Assembly (NCBI GenBank): GCA_016192905.1
Contig: JACPTG010000001.1
Location: 101,005 to 165,004 of the forward strand
Length of the DNA: 64,000 bases
Direction of reading: 5' to 3'
Source of the DNA: Candidatus Woesearchaeota archaeon
GTDB lineage: Archaea; Nanobdellota; Nanobdellia; Woesearchaeales; UBA10216
How positions within the stretch are numbered: the first letter of the stretch is position 1; each line of letters starts with the position of its first letter. Both the position numbers and the translations under genes were made by a program. Of this stretch, positions 9,536 through 18,915 are shown piece after piece. The notes below the pieces were generated by a model. That model saw only the letters and a program-made list of their open reading frames with translations, ran no database searches and was not told where the DNA came from.

Positions 9536-10806
9536 CCCTCCAAACCGCAAAGGGGACAAGGGACTTTCCGGCAGAACAGGCAATCGCCAGGCAAAGGATA
9601 GCGGGTGCCCTCAAGAGGATATTTGAAATTTATGGGTACAGCCCGCTTGAAACCCCGCTGATAGAAAGGTATGACGTGCTTGCAGCAAAGTATGCTGGCG
9701 GAGCTGAAATCCTGAAAGAGACGTTCAAGCTTACTGACCAGGGCGGAAGGGAGCTTGCCCTGAGGTATGACCTGACAGTGCCGATGTGCAGGTATCTTGC
9801 CATGAACCCCAACCTGAAGATGCCTTTCAAACGTTATCAGATGGGCGAAGTTTTCAGGGACGGGCCGATAAAGCTGGGGAGGTACAGGCAGTTCACCCAA
9901 TGTGACGTGGACATCGTAGGGGCAGCAAGCATGAAAGCCGACGCTGAGATTGTCAGCATTGCCCAATCTGCCTTTAGGGAGCTTGGGCTGGATGTCAAGA
10001 TAAAAATTAACAGCAGGAAAGTGCTGAACGGAATCCTTGATACAGCAAAAGTGAAGGAAAGCCTTGCTGAACCGGCCATACTTGCGCTGGACAAGCTGGA
10101 GAAATTCGGAGTGGAGGAAGTCAGGAAGGAACTGAAGGAAAAGAAAATTTCCGCCGAGTCAATCAAGGCCATTGAGGGACTGGTAGCTGTAAAAGGCAGC
10201 AATGAAAAGAAGATTGAACAGCTAAGGAAATCAATGAAATCGAAGCAAGGTGAGGAAGGTTTAAGGGAAATGGAAGAACTCCTTGCAAACATGGTGGACA
10301 CATCAAATGTTATCTTTGAGCCAAGCCTTGCCCGCGGCCTTGCATATTACACTGGCCCTGTATTTGAGGCATTCCCCATAGATTCTGAAGTAAAATCATC
10401 ATTGGCAGGCGGTGGAAGATACGATAAGCTGATAGGAAACTTCCTGGGGGAAAAGAAGGAATATCCTGCTGTTGGAATCTCATTCGGGCTGGATGCGATA
10501 AGTGAGGCTGCCAAAGCCGCATTGAGTGCAAAAACCTCGGCCAAATTATACGTCATTCCAATCAAGAATTACACTGCTGCAGCAAAGATTGCCGCGCAGT
10601 TCAGAGAGCAGGGAATAGCTACTGACATAGACCTGCTGGACCGGAGTGTTGGGAAAAACCTGGAATACGCCTCGGCAATGGGGATACCATTTGTGGCCAT
10701 AATCGGCGGGCAGGAAATCGGGCAGGGAAAGGTGAAGCTCAGGAATATGCGCACCGGAGAGGAAGCCCTGCTTGGCGCAAAGGAGGCTGCGGAAAGGATA
10801 AAATGA
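9532..10806 (+). CDS. hisS: histidyl-tRNA synthetase
   Basis: LRYDLTVP, GRYRQFTQCDVD, LARGLAYYTG, GGGRYD. Confidence 0.98.
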   Translation: MTLQTAKGTRDFPAEQAIARQRIAGALKRIFEIYGYSPLETPLIERYDVLAAKYAGGAEILKETFKLTDQGGRELALRYDLTVPMCRYLAMNPNLKMPFKRYQMGEVFRDGPIKLGRYRQFTQCDVDIVGAASMKADAEIVSIAQSAFRELGLDVKIKINSRKVLNGILDTAKVKESLAEPAILALDKLEKFGVEEVRKELKEKKISAESIKAIEGLVAVKGSNEKKIEQLRKSMKSKQGEEGLREMEELLANMVDTSNVIFEPSLARGLAYYTGPVFEAFPIDSEVKSSLAGGGRYDKLIGNFLGEKKEYPAVGISFGLDAISEAAKAALSAKTSAKLYVIPIKNYTAAAKIAAQFREQGIATDIDLLDRSVGKNLEYASAMGIPFVAIIGGQEIGQGKVKLRNMRTGEEALLGAKEAAERIK

Positions 10807-11150
10807 GGCATTTCAGCGTGGGAGGAACCAGAGGCTACTGGGGTGTCAAAGCATATGAATTCCAGGCCTTAAGGCAGATAATACCCACCAGGATAAGACA
10901 GATTCCCCCGCAGTATGGAAGAGGGCTTATCGCGGAAGTCGGGATAAATCCTGCACAGGATGGGCCTTCATACTTGGTTCTGCTTGCAGTCGGCAGCGAC
11001 GAGCCTGGCCTTGCCTCGTATGTCAGGATGCTCAGGATTACCGAGGGCAATCAAATTCCGGAAGGCAACGCAGATCTGGAACTCCTGGCCAGGGCCGTGC
11101 TGATTGACCTCGCAGGCATGTATGCCCAGGTTATGGATTCAGGCCGCTAA
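10803..11150 (+). CDS. hypothetical protein
   Basis: ORF coupled to the hisS stop. Confidence 0.55.
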   Translation: MRHFSVGGTRGYWGVKAYEFQALRQIIPTRIRQIPPQYGRGLIAEVGINPAQDGPSYLVLLAVGSDEPGLASYVRMLRITEGNQIPEGNADLELLARAVLIDLAGMYAQVMDSGR

Positions 11151-12046
11151 ACCGCGGTCAGAACCTCGCATCCATCCTTCCTTACCAGAACAGTATGCTC
11201 TGCCTGGCTGACCAGGCCATGGTTCCTTTCGACCAGAGGGGGAAACACCTGAACGCAGCCTGCCGAGATAAGCTGGCGCAGGGCGAAATTAACCTTAAAA
11301 GTGTTGCCTTCCAGCCATCTCCGGGCAAAAGGAAGGCCCTCGTACTTCTGGATTTCAGCAAGCAGCTGCCTGGCATCGCTGGAGCGGACAGGCTTTTTGG
11401 CGACCTGCATGAAAACAGTGGGAGTGGTGGACTCATAAATCGAGCCAGAGCCATTAGTGGCGAATGGTTCAATGGCGATAAACTGGCCGTCATAAAGCAG
11501 CTCCTCATCGCGGTTGTCAAAATTTGGGACAGTCGGGCTGGTATGCACCTGGAATTTCCCGATGCCGTGGCCTGAAAGGTTGATGATTGGCCTGTAGCCG
11601 TAAGAGTTAATTTTCTGCTCGATAACCCTTCCCAGCTCATTAAGCCTCACTCCTGCCTTTGCAACAGACACTGCGGCGGCCAACGCATCCTTGGATGCTG
11701 CCACCAGCTTTTCATGCCTGCCGGAAAGGTCCACTGTTGCAGCTGTATCGCCAAGGAATCCATCAACACTCGCCCCCACATCCAGCTTAACAACCTGGTC
11801 TGAAAGAATCAGCTTATCCTCAGCATCAGGGCAGAAATGGGCCGCCACATCATTCAGCGATACCTGGCTGGGGAAGGAGGGCCTTGCGCCCAGGGAAAAT
11901 ATCTTCTTGTCCACAGCATCGCATACTTCAAGCACAGAAGCCCCGGGCTTTATCAGCGAAAGGCCGTACTGCAGTGCTTCTGCTGAGATTTTGCCAGCCT
12001 GGCGCCACTTTGCAAGGTCTTCCTCGGAGTAAAAAATTTCATCCAT
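11147..12046 (-). CDS. map: type II methionine aminopeptidase
   Basis: AAHFCP, LDVGA..DG..GDTA, NLSGHG, AIEPFAT, QAEHT. Confidence 0.97.
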   Translation of the reverse strand: MDEIFYSEEDLAKWRQAGKISAEALQYGLSLIKPGASVLEVCDAVDKKIFSLGARPSFPSQVSLNDVAAHFCPDAEDKLILSDQVVKLDVGASVDGFLGDTAATVDLSGRHEKLVAASKDALAAAVSVAKAGVRLNELGRVIEQKINSYGYRPIINLSGHGIGKFQVHTSPTVPNFDNRDEELLYDGQFIAIEPFATNGSGSIYESTTPTVFMQVAKKPVRSSDARQLLAEIQKYEGLPFARRWLEGNTFKVNFALRQLISAGCVQVFPPLVERNHGLVSQAEHTVLVRKDGCEVLTAV

Positions 12047-12097
12047 GGTGAAACGCAGGATACATCGGATATAAATAGGTTATCCGAAGTTATTGGG

Positions 12098-12196
12098 CGC
12101 CGGGTAAGGGATCTCCGCACAAGGTTTCGAACCCTTAAGGTGAGTGGCACCACCTGCTTAGGAGGCAGGCGCGGCTACCAGTTTCGCCAACCCGGC
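12098..12196 (-). tRNA. type II (Ser-like) tRNA with CCT anticodon and 14-nt T-loop intron (12112-12125)
   Basis: GCCGGGT/ACCCGGC acceptor, G73, variable arm GGTG-CCACT-CACC, anticodon arm CCTGC-CTCCTAA-GCAGG; BHB TTCG/CGGA with AAA/GAT bulges restores TTCGAAT. Confidence 0.88.
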
Positions 12197-12443
12197 TTTG
12201 CCCGGTATTGTTTTGTGGCGGCAACTTTTATGCTTTGCCACCGATTTGCCGGAAAAACGTCAGCTGCCCTCGGAAAAAGCATTAACTATGGCGGAAGAAT
12301 TTTGCTTTTTGCCGCTTATTCCGAAATTTTTGCGGTAGATTCGGAAAAAAATCCCGGCGAAAAAGCAAAAGGCTTAAATAAACCAGAGCCATTCATTCCA
12401 GTTTGTGGCGCCATCGCTTGGGAAGGAAGGCGCGGCTGCCTTC

Positions 12444-13097
12444 CTATTCTTCTGACATCAGCTCAAGAAAAGTCTGGTGGGCGTTAAGCAGGTCGGTCTC
12501 GTCAATGAACCAGAGGAGCTCAGGCACGCAGGTCATTGACTCAACAATGTTAATGCCCCTGTTGGCAAGCTCTGTGTTGAAGATGGCAAGGATTCCCGGA
12601 ACTTTGGAGCTTACAGGGTCGAGATGGACATTAACCTCGGCCAGATTTTTTTCCATATGAATAATCTTGTTCTTCGTGAAGAGCTCTGAAACCGCAGCCG
12701 CGTTCCTCTGGTCAACAACAACCTTCAGGAGCTCCTCAGCCTGGATAATCCTGAGCGCCTCCCCTCGGCTGTAATCTATGAGGGAAAAAAGCCTCGGGAT
12801 TGCTTCCTGGACTGATGAGTCCTTTTTCAGCGCGATGATGGCGATGTGGTTCCTTGTGGTGATTTTCGCGTTCCTGATTAAGGTAATTGCCTTGCTGAAC
12901 CTTGGCTCGGCATCTTTTGAGCCTGACTCAATCCTGCGCAATGCGCTTATGACTGCGTCAATGCTTGCTGACAGGCGAGCCTGTGATTTTATATATGCCG
13001 CGGCAGAGCGGATATTGACAATGCCCCGGCTCAAGTCCTTTCTTAGGGCCAAGTCCTGCTCAACAAACCGATGGACCGACTTTGAAATATTTGCCAT
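12444..13097 (-). CDS. ACT domain-containing regulator
   Basis: N-terminal HTH-like part; C-terminal PGILA..LANRGINIVE ACT motif. Confidence 0.8.
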   Translation of the reverse strand: MANISKSVHRFVEQDLALRKDLSRGIVNIRSAAAYIKSQARLSASIDAVISALRRIESGSKDAEPRFSKAITLIRNAKITTRNHIAIIALKKDSSVQEAIPRLFSLIDYSRGEALRIIQAEELLKVVVDQRNAAAVSELFTKNKIIHMEKNLAEVNVHLDPVSSKVPGILAIFNTELANRGINIVESMTCVPELLWFIDETDLLNAHQTFLELMSEE

Positions 13098-13183
13098 TTA
13101 TGACACAAAAAAAGGCCTGTTTATAATTTTTGTGCCTTTTTTGTCATATGATTTAAATATAGCTGGCTTTCTCTCCAGGTGAA

Positions 13184-13582
13184 ATGGTAACTGCTGTACC
13201 GAAAACAGAAGAGCTTTCAGTGGATGATATTGCAGGCAGAATCACTTACCGGCCTGGAGGAATCGTCAAGGTAACTGGGCAGATAATCAATGGGACGCAT
13301 AATGGAAGAGTTGTCCCAAGCTTCGGCGTAATGGTGCACATTCCGGTTCCAGGCAGGAATGGCGGGGTGGCTGCACTATTCTATACTGAGCCTGGAGAAG
13401 CAGGCACGCGTGTAAGAATTGGAACCTACTCAGACATGCCAAACGGAGTTGGCAGGGACTATGGCACCGGGATGAGCATTTTGCCGGCACATGAGTCGCG
13501 TGAAAGAATAGAATATGGCTATGCCAATATTGATGATGCCGTTGAGGCTGTTAATTCCAGGGCAGCAGAAATGTACAAGTAA
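13184..13582 (+). CDS. hypothetical protein
   Basis: 132-aa ORF with TATA and GGTGA RBS. Confidence 0.65.
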   Translation: MVTAVPKTEELSVDDIAGRITYRPGGIVKVTGQIINGTHNGRVVPSFGVMVHIPVPGRNGGVAALFYTEPGEAGTRVRIGTYSDMPNGVGRDYGTGMSILPAHESRERIEYGYANIDDAVEAVNSRAAEMYK

Positions 13583-13591
13583 GAAAATTAA

Positions 13592-13768
13592 CTACTTCCC
13601 CTTCATCTCTGCGTATCCGCACCTGCCGCAGCTAACCCTGTTGTTATGCTCGCCGAGGAACACGCCCTGACCGCACTTTGGACAGGTCTTGTTCTTCCTT
13701 TTCAGGCCAGCCTTTGAATCGTAAAGCTTCCATACCTGCATCGCCCCTGAACTCTTCTTTTCAGCCAT
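13592..13768 (-). CDS. rps27ae: 30S ribosomal protein S27ae
   Basis: CPKCGQGVFLGEH..RVSCGRCGY. Confidence 0.95.
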   Translation of the reverse strand: MAEKKSSGAMQVWKLYDSKAGLKRKNKTCPKCGQGVFLGEHNNRVSCGRCGYAEMKGK

Positions 13769-13770
13769 CT

Positions 13771-14091
13771 TCACGCCTTTGCCGCTGCCTTTGCAGCCTT
13801 CTTCTCTCTCAGGCCCTGGCGCCTCAGGACAACGACAGACTCTGTCTTGTCCAGCGCCTCTGCCGAGGCATAGACATGCGCCTCAAACATTGCCTTGGTA
13901 TTTCCAAAAACAGTCCGCAGCGAGGCAACAGAAACGCATCCCGCGTCAGCCTTCAGGGCTTCGGCAAGCTTTTTCCTGAGCTCTGCCCTGGCTGGCGTTG
14001 CGCCTGAAAATCCGACATAGCCCCTTACCAGCTTCCTTGACAGCAGGGGCTGTTCCTCTCTTTTTTCCACCTTTATTTCCATCAGATTCAC
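13771..14091 (-). CDS. rps24e: 30S ribosomal protein S24e
   Basis: PLLSRK, GATPAR, TVFG..AHVY; conserved operon position. Confidence 0.92.
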   Translation of the reverse strand: MNLMEIKVEKREEQPLLSRKLVRGYVGFSGATPARAELRKKLAEALKADAGCVSVASLRTVFGNTKAMFEAHVYASAEALDKTESVVVLRRQGLREKKAAKAAAKA

Positions 14092-14273
14092 CTTGACTTC
14101 AGGGCGTACTCGCCTGCAGCGCGGAGGCCCATCTTCCTTGACACCACAGACTTCTCATGGTCAAGGACGTTAATCCTGCCTTGCCAGCTTGTGTTGAACT
14201 GGTTGCCCTTGCAAAGCGGGCATTCGCTTTCCTCGACAAAAAGCTTGCATGACTTGCATATCCTCTTCTTCAT
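14088..14273 (-). CDS. spt4: transcription elongation factor Spt4 (RpoE'')
   Basis: CKSC..CPLC, WQG, GEYALK. Confidence 0.95.
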   Translation of the reverse strand: MKKRICKSCKLFVEESECPLCKGNQFNTSWQGRINVLDHEKSVVSRKMGLRAAGEYALKSR

Positions 14274-14827
14274 TTTTCACCCTTGGAATCCTTTCCGGAT
14301 TCCTCCTCCAGCCACTCAAGCTTGCCAAGCCCTGGCTGCCTCATGGTCAGGCCGAGCTTTGGATTTGTAACATCCTTAAAGCTCACTGCAATCATTCTTG
14401 CCCTGCACCTGTCGCCGACCTTCAGCGTATGCTTGCTGTCCTTGCCAACGAGCACCTTGTCCTTGCTGAAGCTTACAAAGTCATCCATTGTCTGCGATAT
14501 GTGCACCATGCCATCTATGGGGCCTAAGTTCATGAAGGCGCCGAAGTCAGCAACATCCCTTACCCTGCCAAGCACGACCTCCTGAAGCTCAGGCTTGTAC
14601 ACATAAAGCGAAAACTTTGCCTCGTAAAAGGGCCCGCCATCACCGGGTATAAGCACGCCCTCGCCGACCTCTGAAATGTCCGCGAGGTCAATCACGATTC
14701 CAAGCTCTGCGGAGATGTAGCCGTCGTACTTCTTCTTTATCCTGGCCGCGATTGCCTCCTCAAGCGGAAGGCTGAAGAGGGCGGGCGGCACTCTGATGTG
14801 GTCGCTCAGCGTAACCTTGTAAAACAT
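14270..14827 (-). CDS. rpoE1: RNA polymerase subunit Rpo7 (E')
   Basis: IRVPP, PGDGG, FGAF..GPIDGMVHISQ, LTMRQPGLGK. Confidence 0.97.
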   Translation of the reverse strand: MFYKVTLSDHIRVPPALFSLPLEEAIAARIKKKYDGYISAELGIVIDLADISEVGEGVLIPGDGGPFYEAKFSLYVYKPELQEVVLGRVRDVADFGAFMNLGPIDGMVHISQTMDDFVSFSKDKVLVGKDSKHTLKVGDRCRARMIAVSFKDVTNPKLGLTMRQPGLGKLEWLEEESGKDSKGEK

Positions 14828-14829
14828 TT

Positions 14830-15240
14830 TTAGTTCTCCGATAACATTAGGTATTTTTTCTGCCTCAGCACCAGAAGGCGCACTCCCTTCCTCCTGAGGG
14901 CTGACTGTAAAGCCCGGTCCTGGGTGGCTGCAATGGCGCCACGGCCAGCATAATTAAGGATGATTTGGTCGACATTTTTAAAGCTTATGTTTTTTGTATC
15001 TATCACCCGCACCTTTTTTGCGTCGAGAAGCCGCAGGGCGAGCAGGGCAGCTTCTTTGTCCCTGCCCTTCTGGTGGAGGGCAATCCCCTTAAGCTCCCCA
15101 ATGGTCAGATCCAGCACCGCCAGCTCGTAGGCGAAGCCACAGACCCTTTCAATCTCGCTGAAGATGTCAACCCTGAACTGGCCGGGTATCAGCAGGAAGT
15201 TGGTGTCAAGGAGGACAGTTATCATCTGATTAGGGGCCAT
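14830..15240 (-). CDS. PIN domain protein (Fcf1/Utp24-like)
   Basis: LLDTNFL, ATQDRAL; conserved upstream of rpoE'. Confidence 0.9.
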   Translation of the reverse strand: MAPNQMITVLLDTNFLLIPGQFRVDIFSEIERVCGFAYELAVLDLTIGELKGIALHQKGRDKEAALLALRLLDAKKVRVIDTKNISFKNVDQIILNYAGRGAIAATQDRALQSALRRKGVRLLVLRQKKYLMLSEN

Positions 15241-15248
15241 TCCTGCAT

Positions 15249-15794
15249 TTAAATAAGTGATGCGAATTCCTTAGGCGGCTGGTAAAAGGCAACCACAGGG
15301 ACTCTTGAGGAGCCCACTGTCATCACGCATGCAGGAATATCCGCACTTTTCGCGCAGCCTGCCAGGTCCTTTAAGGCTCCAACCAGATACCTGGCAGCCG
15401 CCGGGGCATCATACTCAGCCACGGAGTTCCAATGGATTACTGCGGTAAAATCATATCTTCTCATGGCCTCTTCAAGCCTGCGTGCCTCAGCCCTTGGCAT
15501 CATTTCAAGCATCGCTCTTTCGGGAAGGCTGATTTTTGCATGGGGAAGAAGCTGCAGACGGACGGGCAGCTCAAGGTGCGTGGCCGTAACAATCGTACCC
15601 CCACCTTCATTGGCAGAGGGGCGCACACTCAAATCGTACTTTCCTGTCCCATACAGAAGTGACGCAATCGTTTCAACGAGAGCCTTAAACGTCATGGGGC
15701 AATTATCATAAACTCCCCAGTCAGCAGTCAGCCTCTCATCAGGGCATGCTTCCAACTCAGCCAGCAGCCTGTCAATAGTCATATACTGAACCAT
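15249..15794 (-). CDS. hypothetical protein
   Basis: 181-aa ORF with upstream TATA. Confidence 0.6.
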   Translation of the reverse strand: MVQYMTIDRLLAELEACPDERLTADWGVYDNCPMTFKALVETIASLLYGTGKYDLSVRPSANEGGGTIVTATHLELPVRLQLLPHAKISLPERAMLEMMPRAEARRLEEAMRRYDFTAVIHWNSVAEYDAPAAARYLVGALKDLAGCAKSADIPACVMTVGSSRVPVVAFYQPPKEFASLI

Positions 15795-15851
15795 AGGAAG
15801 AGGGGAATTGGCAGGGGCTTATATGTGTTGCCTATGCATGATGAAGTAAGA

Positions 15852-17186
15852 CTATTTTCCATCCATATACTTTAAGTCAAACAGATAAACATCCTCCTTT
15901 ATGCTCTCCTTGAAGCTTTTTGCGAATACGGCATAGTATTCCTTTCTGCCCTCTCTGTTCCAGTCAACATGGCGGGCTTTCTCCTTCAAATCATCCAGGA
16001 CCTTTTTGGCGTTCACCTTTTCCTGCCATTTGCACTCTGCAAAAAGTATTTGCTTAGTATTTGCATCAAGGGCAACTATGTCGATTTCCCTCTCTTTGCG
16101 CCACCATTTGCCTACTTTTGTAAACTGGAAGATGTTTTTCCTCTCCTTAATCAAGAATTGTCTGGCCACATCCTCAAAAACGCCACCCAAATAACTGCTG
16201 TAGTCACTTTTGACCATGTTCACGTCAAATATCCCTTCTTCAAGCGAACTCAGGTTGGGATAAATATACCTGAACCAAAACCTGAGAAAATTGTCAGACA
16301 GGTAGTACCTGCCGTGCCGTGACTTGATGTTTTCTGTAACTGGAACTGCCCTTTTAATCATTCCAACTTCTATAAGGTTTTTCAGATAAGGGCTTAAATC
16401 CGTTCTCTTAACCCTGATAAAATCCTTAATCTCGTTTAATTTTGTCCTGCCATTGGCAATCGCCTCCAGGATTAACCTGTATGTTCCTGCATCCTCAAAC
16501 TCATACCTAATGAGGAAATCCACCTCGTCCCTCAGAAAGCTCTTTTCTTTTTTGATTTCAAGCCGGAGCCATGGCCAGAAATCCTTATCCACCTTTACCA
16601 GATAAAAGGGAATTCCATCAGCAAAGCCATAAATTTCCATCAGTTCCTTCATTCGCATGCCTGGAAAAAACATGCGGAGGTCCGAAAAGGAAACCGCCCT
16701 TAATGCCAATGCGCCGGTTTTCCTTCCATAAAGCGGGCTTTTGTAATCCAGCACTTTTGAAGTCATCATTGAAACAGACGAGCCCAATAAAAACAGTTTC
16801 AGTTTGGAGTTTTTCAGTATTGTGTCTGTTATTGCCTGAAACACGTTTAGTATGCTTTCATTTTCCCGTATAAGGTTCTGAAACTCATCTATAACAACAG
16901 CATCAACCTTATCCTTCAGAAATTCAAATGCTGCCTCCCAATCCATTTTCAGCCTTGAAATCTCCGGGAATTGGCGGATGCAAACCGCGTAAAACCTCTC
17001 CAAATTTCTTTCGCCAACAGCGAGGAAATAGAGCCTTTTGCTGCTCTCTGTAGCCTTCAGAATGAGTTCTGTTTTGCCGATTCTTCGCCTGCCATAAACG
17101 ATTAGAAGCTCAAATTTCCCGCTTTCCATGACTTCGCTTATTTCAGTAAGTTCCCTCTCCCTGTTCCTGAAATTCTGTATAACCAT
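15852..17186 (-). CDS. archaeal ATPase with DUF234 PD-(D/E)xK C-terminus
   Basis: YGRRRIGKT, IDEFQ, DNFLRFWF, EIDIVA..FAECKW; start reassigned to MVIQNF. Confidence 0.92.
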   Translation of the reverse strand: MVIQNFRNRERELTEISEVMESGKFELLIVYGRRRIGKTELILKATESSKRLYFLAVGERNLERFYAVCIRQFPEISRLKMDWEAAFEFLKDKVDAVVIDEFQNLIRENESILNVFQAITDTILKNSKLKLFLLGSSVSMMTSKVLDYKSPLYGRKTGALALRAVSFSDLRMFFPGMRMKELMEIYGFADGIPFYLVKVDKDFWPWLRLEIKKEKSFLRDEVDFLIRYEFEDAGTYRLILEAIANGRTKLNEIKDFIRVKRTDLSPYLKNLIEVGMIKRAVPVTENIKSRHGRYYLSDNFLRFWFRYIYPNLSSLEEGIFDVNMVKSDYSSYLGGVFEDVARQFLIKERKNIFQFTKVGKWWRKEREIDIVALDANTKQILFAECKWQEKVNAKKVLDDLKEKARHVDWNREGRKEYYAVFAKSFKESIKEDVYLFDLKYMDGK

Positions 17187-17259
17187 TATTATACTAATTT
17201 GGATTATACTATTTAAATGTTTCGATTCCCGGATTCCCAGTCTGATTTTGGGAACGTGA

Positions 17260-17745
17260 CTAGTATCCAAGCCTCTCCATAAGCAAAGGCTCAATCGGCT
17301 CCAGCCTGAAGGCATCGCAGTAGTCATGCAGCAAACCTGGAGACAGAGGAATTTCTGCAGCTGGAACGTCCTGCTGCCGGGCAGCATGCCTCCTAACCTC
17401 GCCTTCGAGCCTGGATACAGGAAACCTTGAGGCGCAATCCATCTCGTCAAGCAACTCGCCTTGTTCACTAAGCAAGTAGGCCAAAACCGTTGCTGCCCGC
17501 ACAACTTCCCTGTTCCTGGGGCTTACACGGGTTTGAAGCCATTGCGCAGCGTAATTCCAGGGAAAATCAAACACTTCAGGGGCAGAGACAGATCTGTTCA
17601 TATAACGGCCTGCACCATAAATCGCCCTTGAAAGGTTAAACCGCGGTGACCCCCAAAATTCGACAAACTGTCTCTCATATTCAGACAGTTGAACGCCCTG
17701 AAGCAGCCTACCCAAACCGTCCTGTACATCCAGCACTCCACGCAC
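17260..17745 (-). CDS. hypothetical protein
   Basis: ORF follows 17749 gene directly. Confidence 0.55.
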   Translation of the reverse strand: MRGVLDVQDGLGRLLQGVQLSEYERQFVEFWGSPRFNLSRAIYGAGRYMNRSVSAPEVFDFPWNYAAQWLQTRVSPRNREVVRAATVLAYLLSEQGELLDEMDCASRFPVSRLEGEVRRHAARQQDVPAAEIPLSPGLLHDYCDAFRLEPIEPLLMERLGY

Positions 17746-17748
17746 CTC

Positions 17749-18543
17749 CTATACCATAAAATACTGTTCCAGCTTGCGGTCCTTCCCCAGCTCTTCCCTG
17801 ATTGCCGCCTTAACCCCTTTCTGCTTTAGGAGCTCATTCAGAAGCCTGCTGCCTGAACGCTTTGTAAGGATTTCCTCCAATGCCTTGGCCAGCTTGTCAG
17901 GCTGCCTCAGCGAGGACTCCTTCAGCAGCTCCATAAGCAGCTGCTCACTGGACTGCTTCCTGAAAACGCGCCTCCCTGCTTCCTTGGCAAGGAGTTCCTT
18001 GATAAGAGCTTCCTTTGAAGAGCTGCTCATAGCCCTGTGGGGCGAAGGCGTTGTCAACAGTGCTGACATCCTGACCGGGTCAGCCATGAGGAGGAATTTA
18101 AGGATTTGCATGGTCCTGATGGTCTGGCTCTTATACCTTTGCTTGTCCAATCCGTTGATGATGTCAAACAGGACATCCTCAAACCTGACCACAGACACAT
18201 CCGCCAGGCGCACATTCTGGAAATTTGTGACAAGAACCTTCTCATAAGGCACCTCTGCGCCCAGGAAGTTCTCTATGTACGACTCAACTGCCTGAACCAC
18301 ATTCCTGTCGTTGAACAGCCTGAAAAGCTCATTCCTGTCGCTGTCAGAAAGCAGGCTGGATGAGACAGAGCAGGTGACCTCGACATGCATGACCTGATGC
18401 CCGCCCAGGCTCTTCACGGCAATGAAATCAATTACCCTTGAGCCTGCGTTTATGCCTGATACTGTAAAGAAGCCCCTCTTGTTCAGCCATAGATTGACAA
18501 TCTCCCGCTCAGGAGTCATTAGTTTGGCACCCCGTTCAGGCAT
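17749..18543 (-). CDS. restriction-endonuclease-fold protein with helical C-terminus
   Basis: E..WL..GF, IDFIAVK..HVEV motif. Confidence 0.55.
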   Translation of the reverse strand: MPERGAKLMTPEREIVNLWLNKRGFFTVSGINAGSRVIDFIAVKSLGGHQVMHVEVTCSVSSSLLSDSDRNELFRLFNDRNVVQAVESYIENFLGAEVPYEKVLVTNFQNVRLADVSVVRFEDVLFDIINGLDKQRYKSQTIRTMQILKFLLMADPVRMSALLTTPSPHRAMSSSSKEALIKELLAKEAGRRVFRKQSSEQLLMELLKESSLRQPDKLAKALEEILTKRSGSRLLNELLKQKGVKAAIREELGKDRKLEQYFMV

Positions 18544-18597
18544 AAGTCAGCCTATCTATAAAAAAGTTGTCTGAAAGTGTCAAAGAAAAAGGCAGGG

Positions 18598-18897
18598 CTA
18601 CTCATCCCAGGCATCCTTATCAGACCGCCTGAGAATCTCCTCAGTCGACTGTATAAACTTCAAAGTGCCGAAGGTTTTCTTGAGGGCCTCGTTTTTCTTG
18701 GCTGCACCAAGTCCCCACAAACCCCTTTCCTTTGCCACAGAATCAATCCTGTCTGAAACCTCTTCAGAAAATACCTTTTCTCCGCACTTTGTGCATACCT
18801 CTGCCGGAAACCTGCCAAGGCTTGTGCCAAACAGGCTGAAGTCAACATCTTCCAGTTTCAATTTCCCTCCGCACTCATCGCATTTGGACCTTATCAT
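18598..18897 (-). CDS. YgiT/MqsA-type zinc-finger antitoxin (orphan, chimeric tail)
   Basis: CDECGG..AEVCTKCGE, GLWGL. Confidence 0.75.
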   Translation of the reverse strand: MIRSKCDECGGKLKLEDVDFSLFGTSLGRFPAEVCTKCGEKVFSEEVSDRIDSVAKERGLWGLGAAKKNEALKKTFGTLKFIQSTEEILRRSDKDAWDE

Positions 18898-18915
18898 TTT
18901 CTCACCGTTTTATCC

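Noticed and set aside
3590..10806. Genome-wide AGG-to-Ser reassignment
   Set aside because: AGG occupies invariant Arg positions in pyk and hisS
12136..12152. Variable arm of the CCU tRNA being a second intron
   Set aside because: The only BHB-like cut leaves a 2-nt variable loop, too short for a tRNA
12200..12443. Inverted repeat TTCCGAA/TTCGGAA and an orphan TATA box
   Set aside because: No convincing RNA structure or ORF; may be a simple operator
17187..17504. 106-aa N-terminal extension of the archaeal ATPase
   Set aside because: Overlaps another gene; the family start and a TATA box fit 17186
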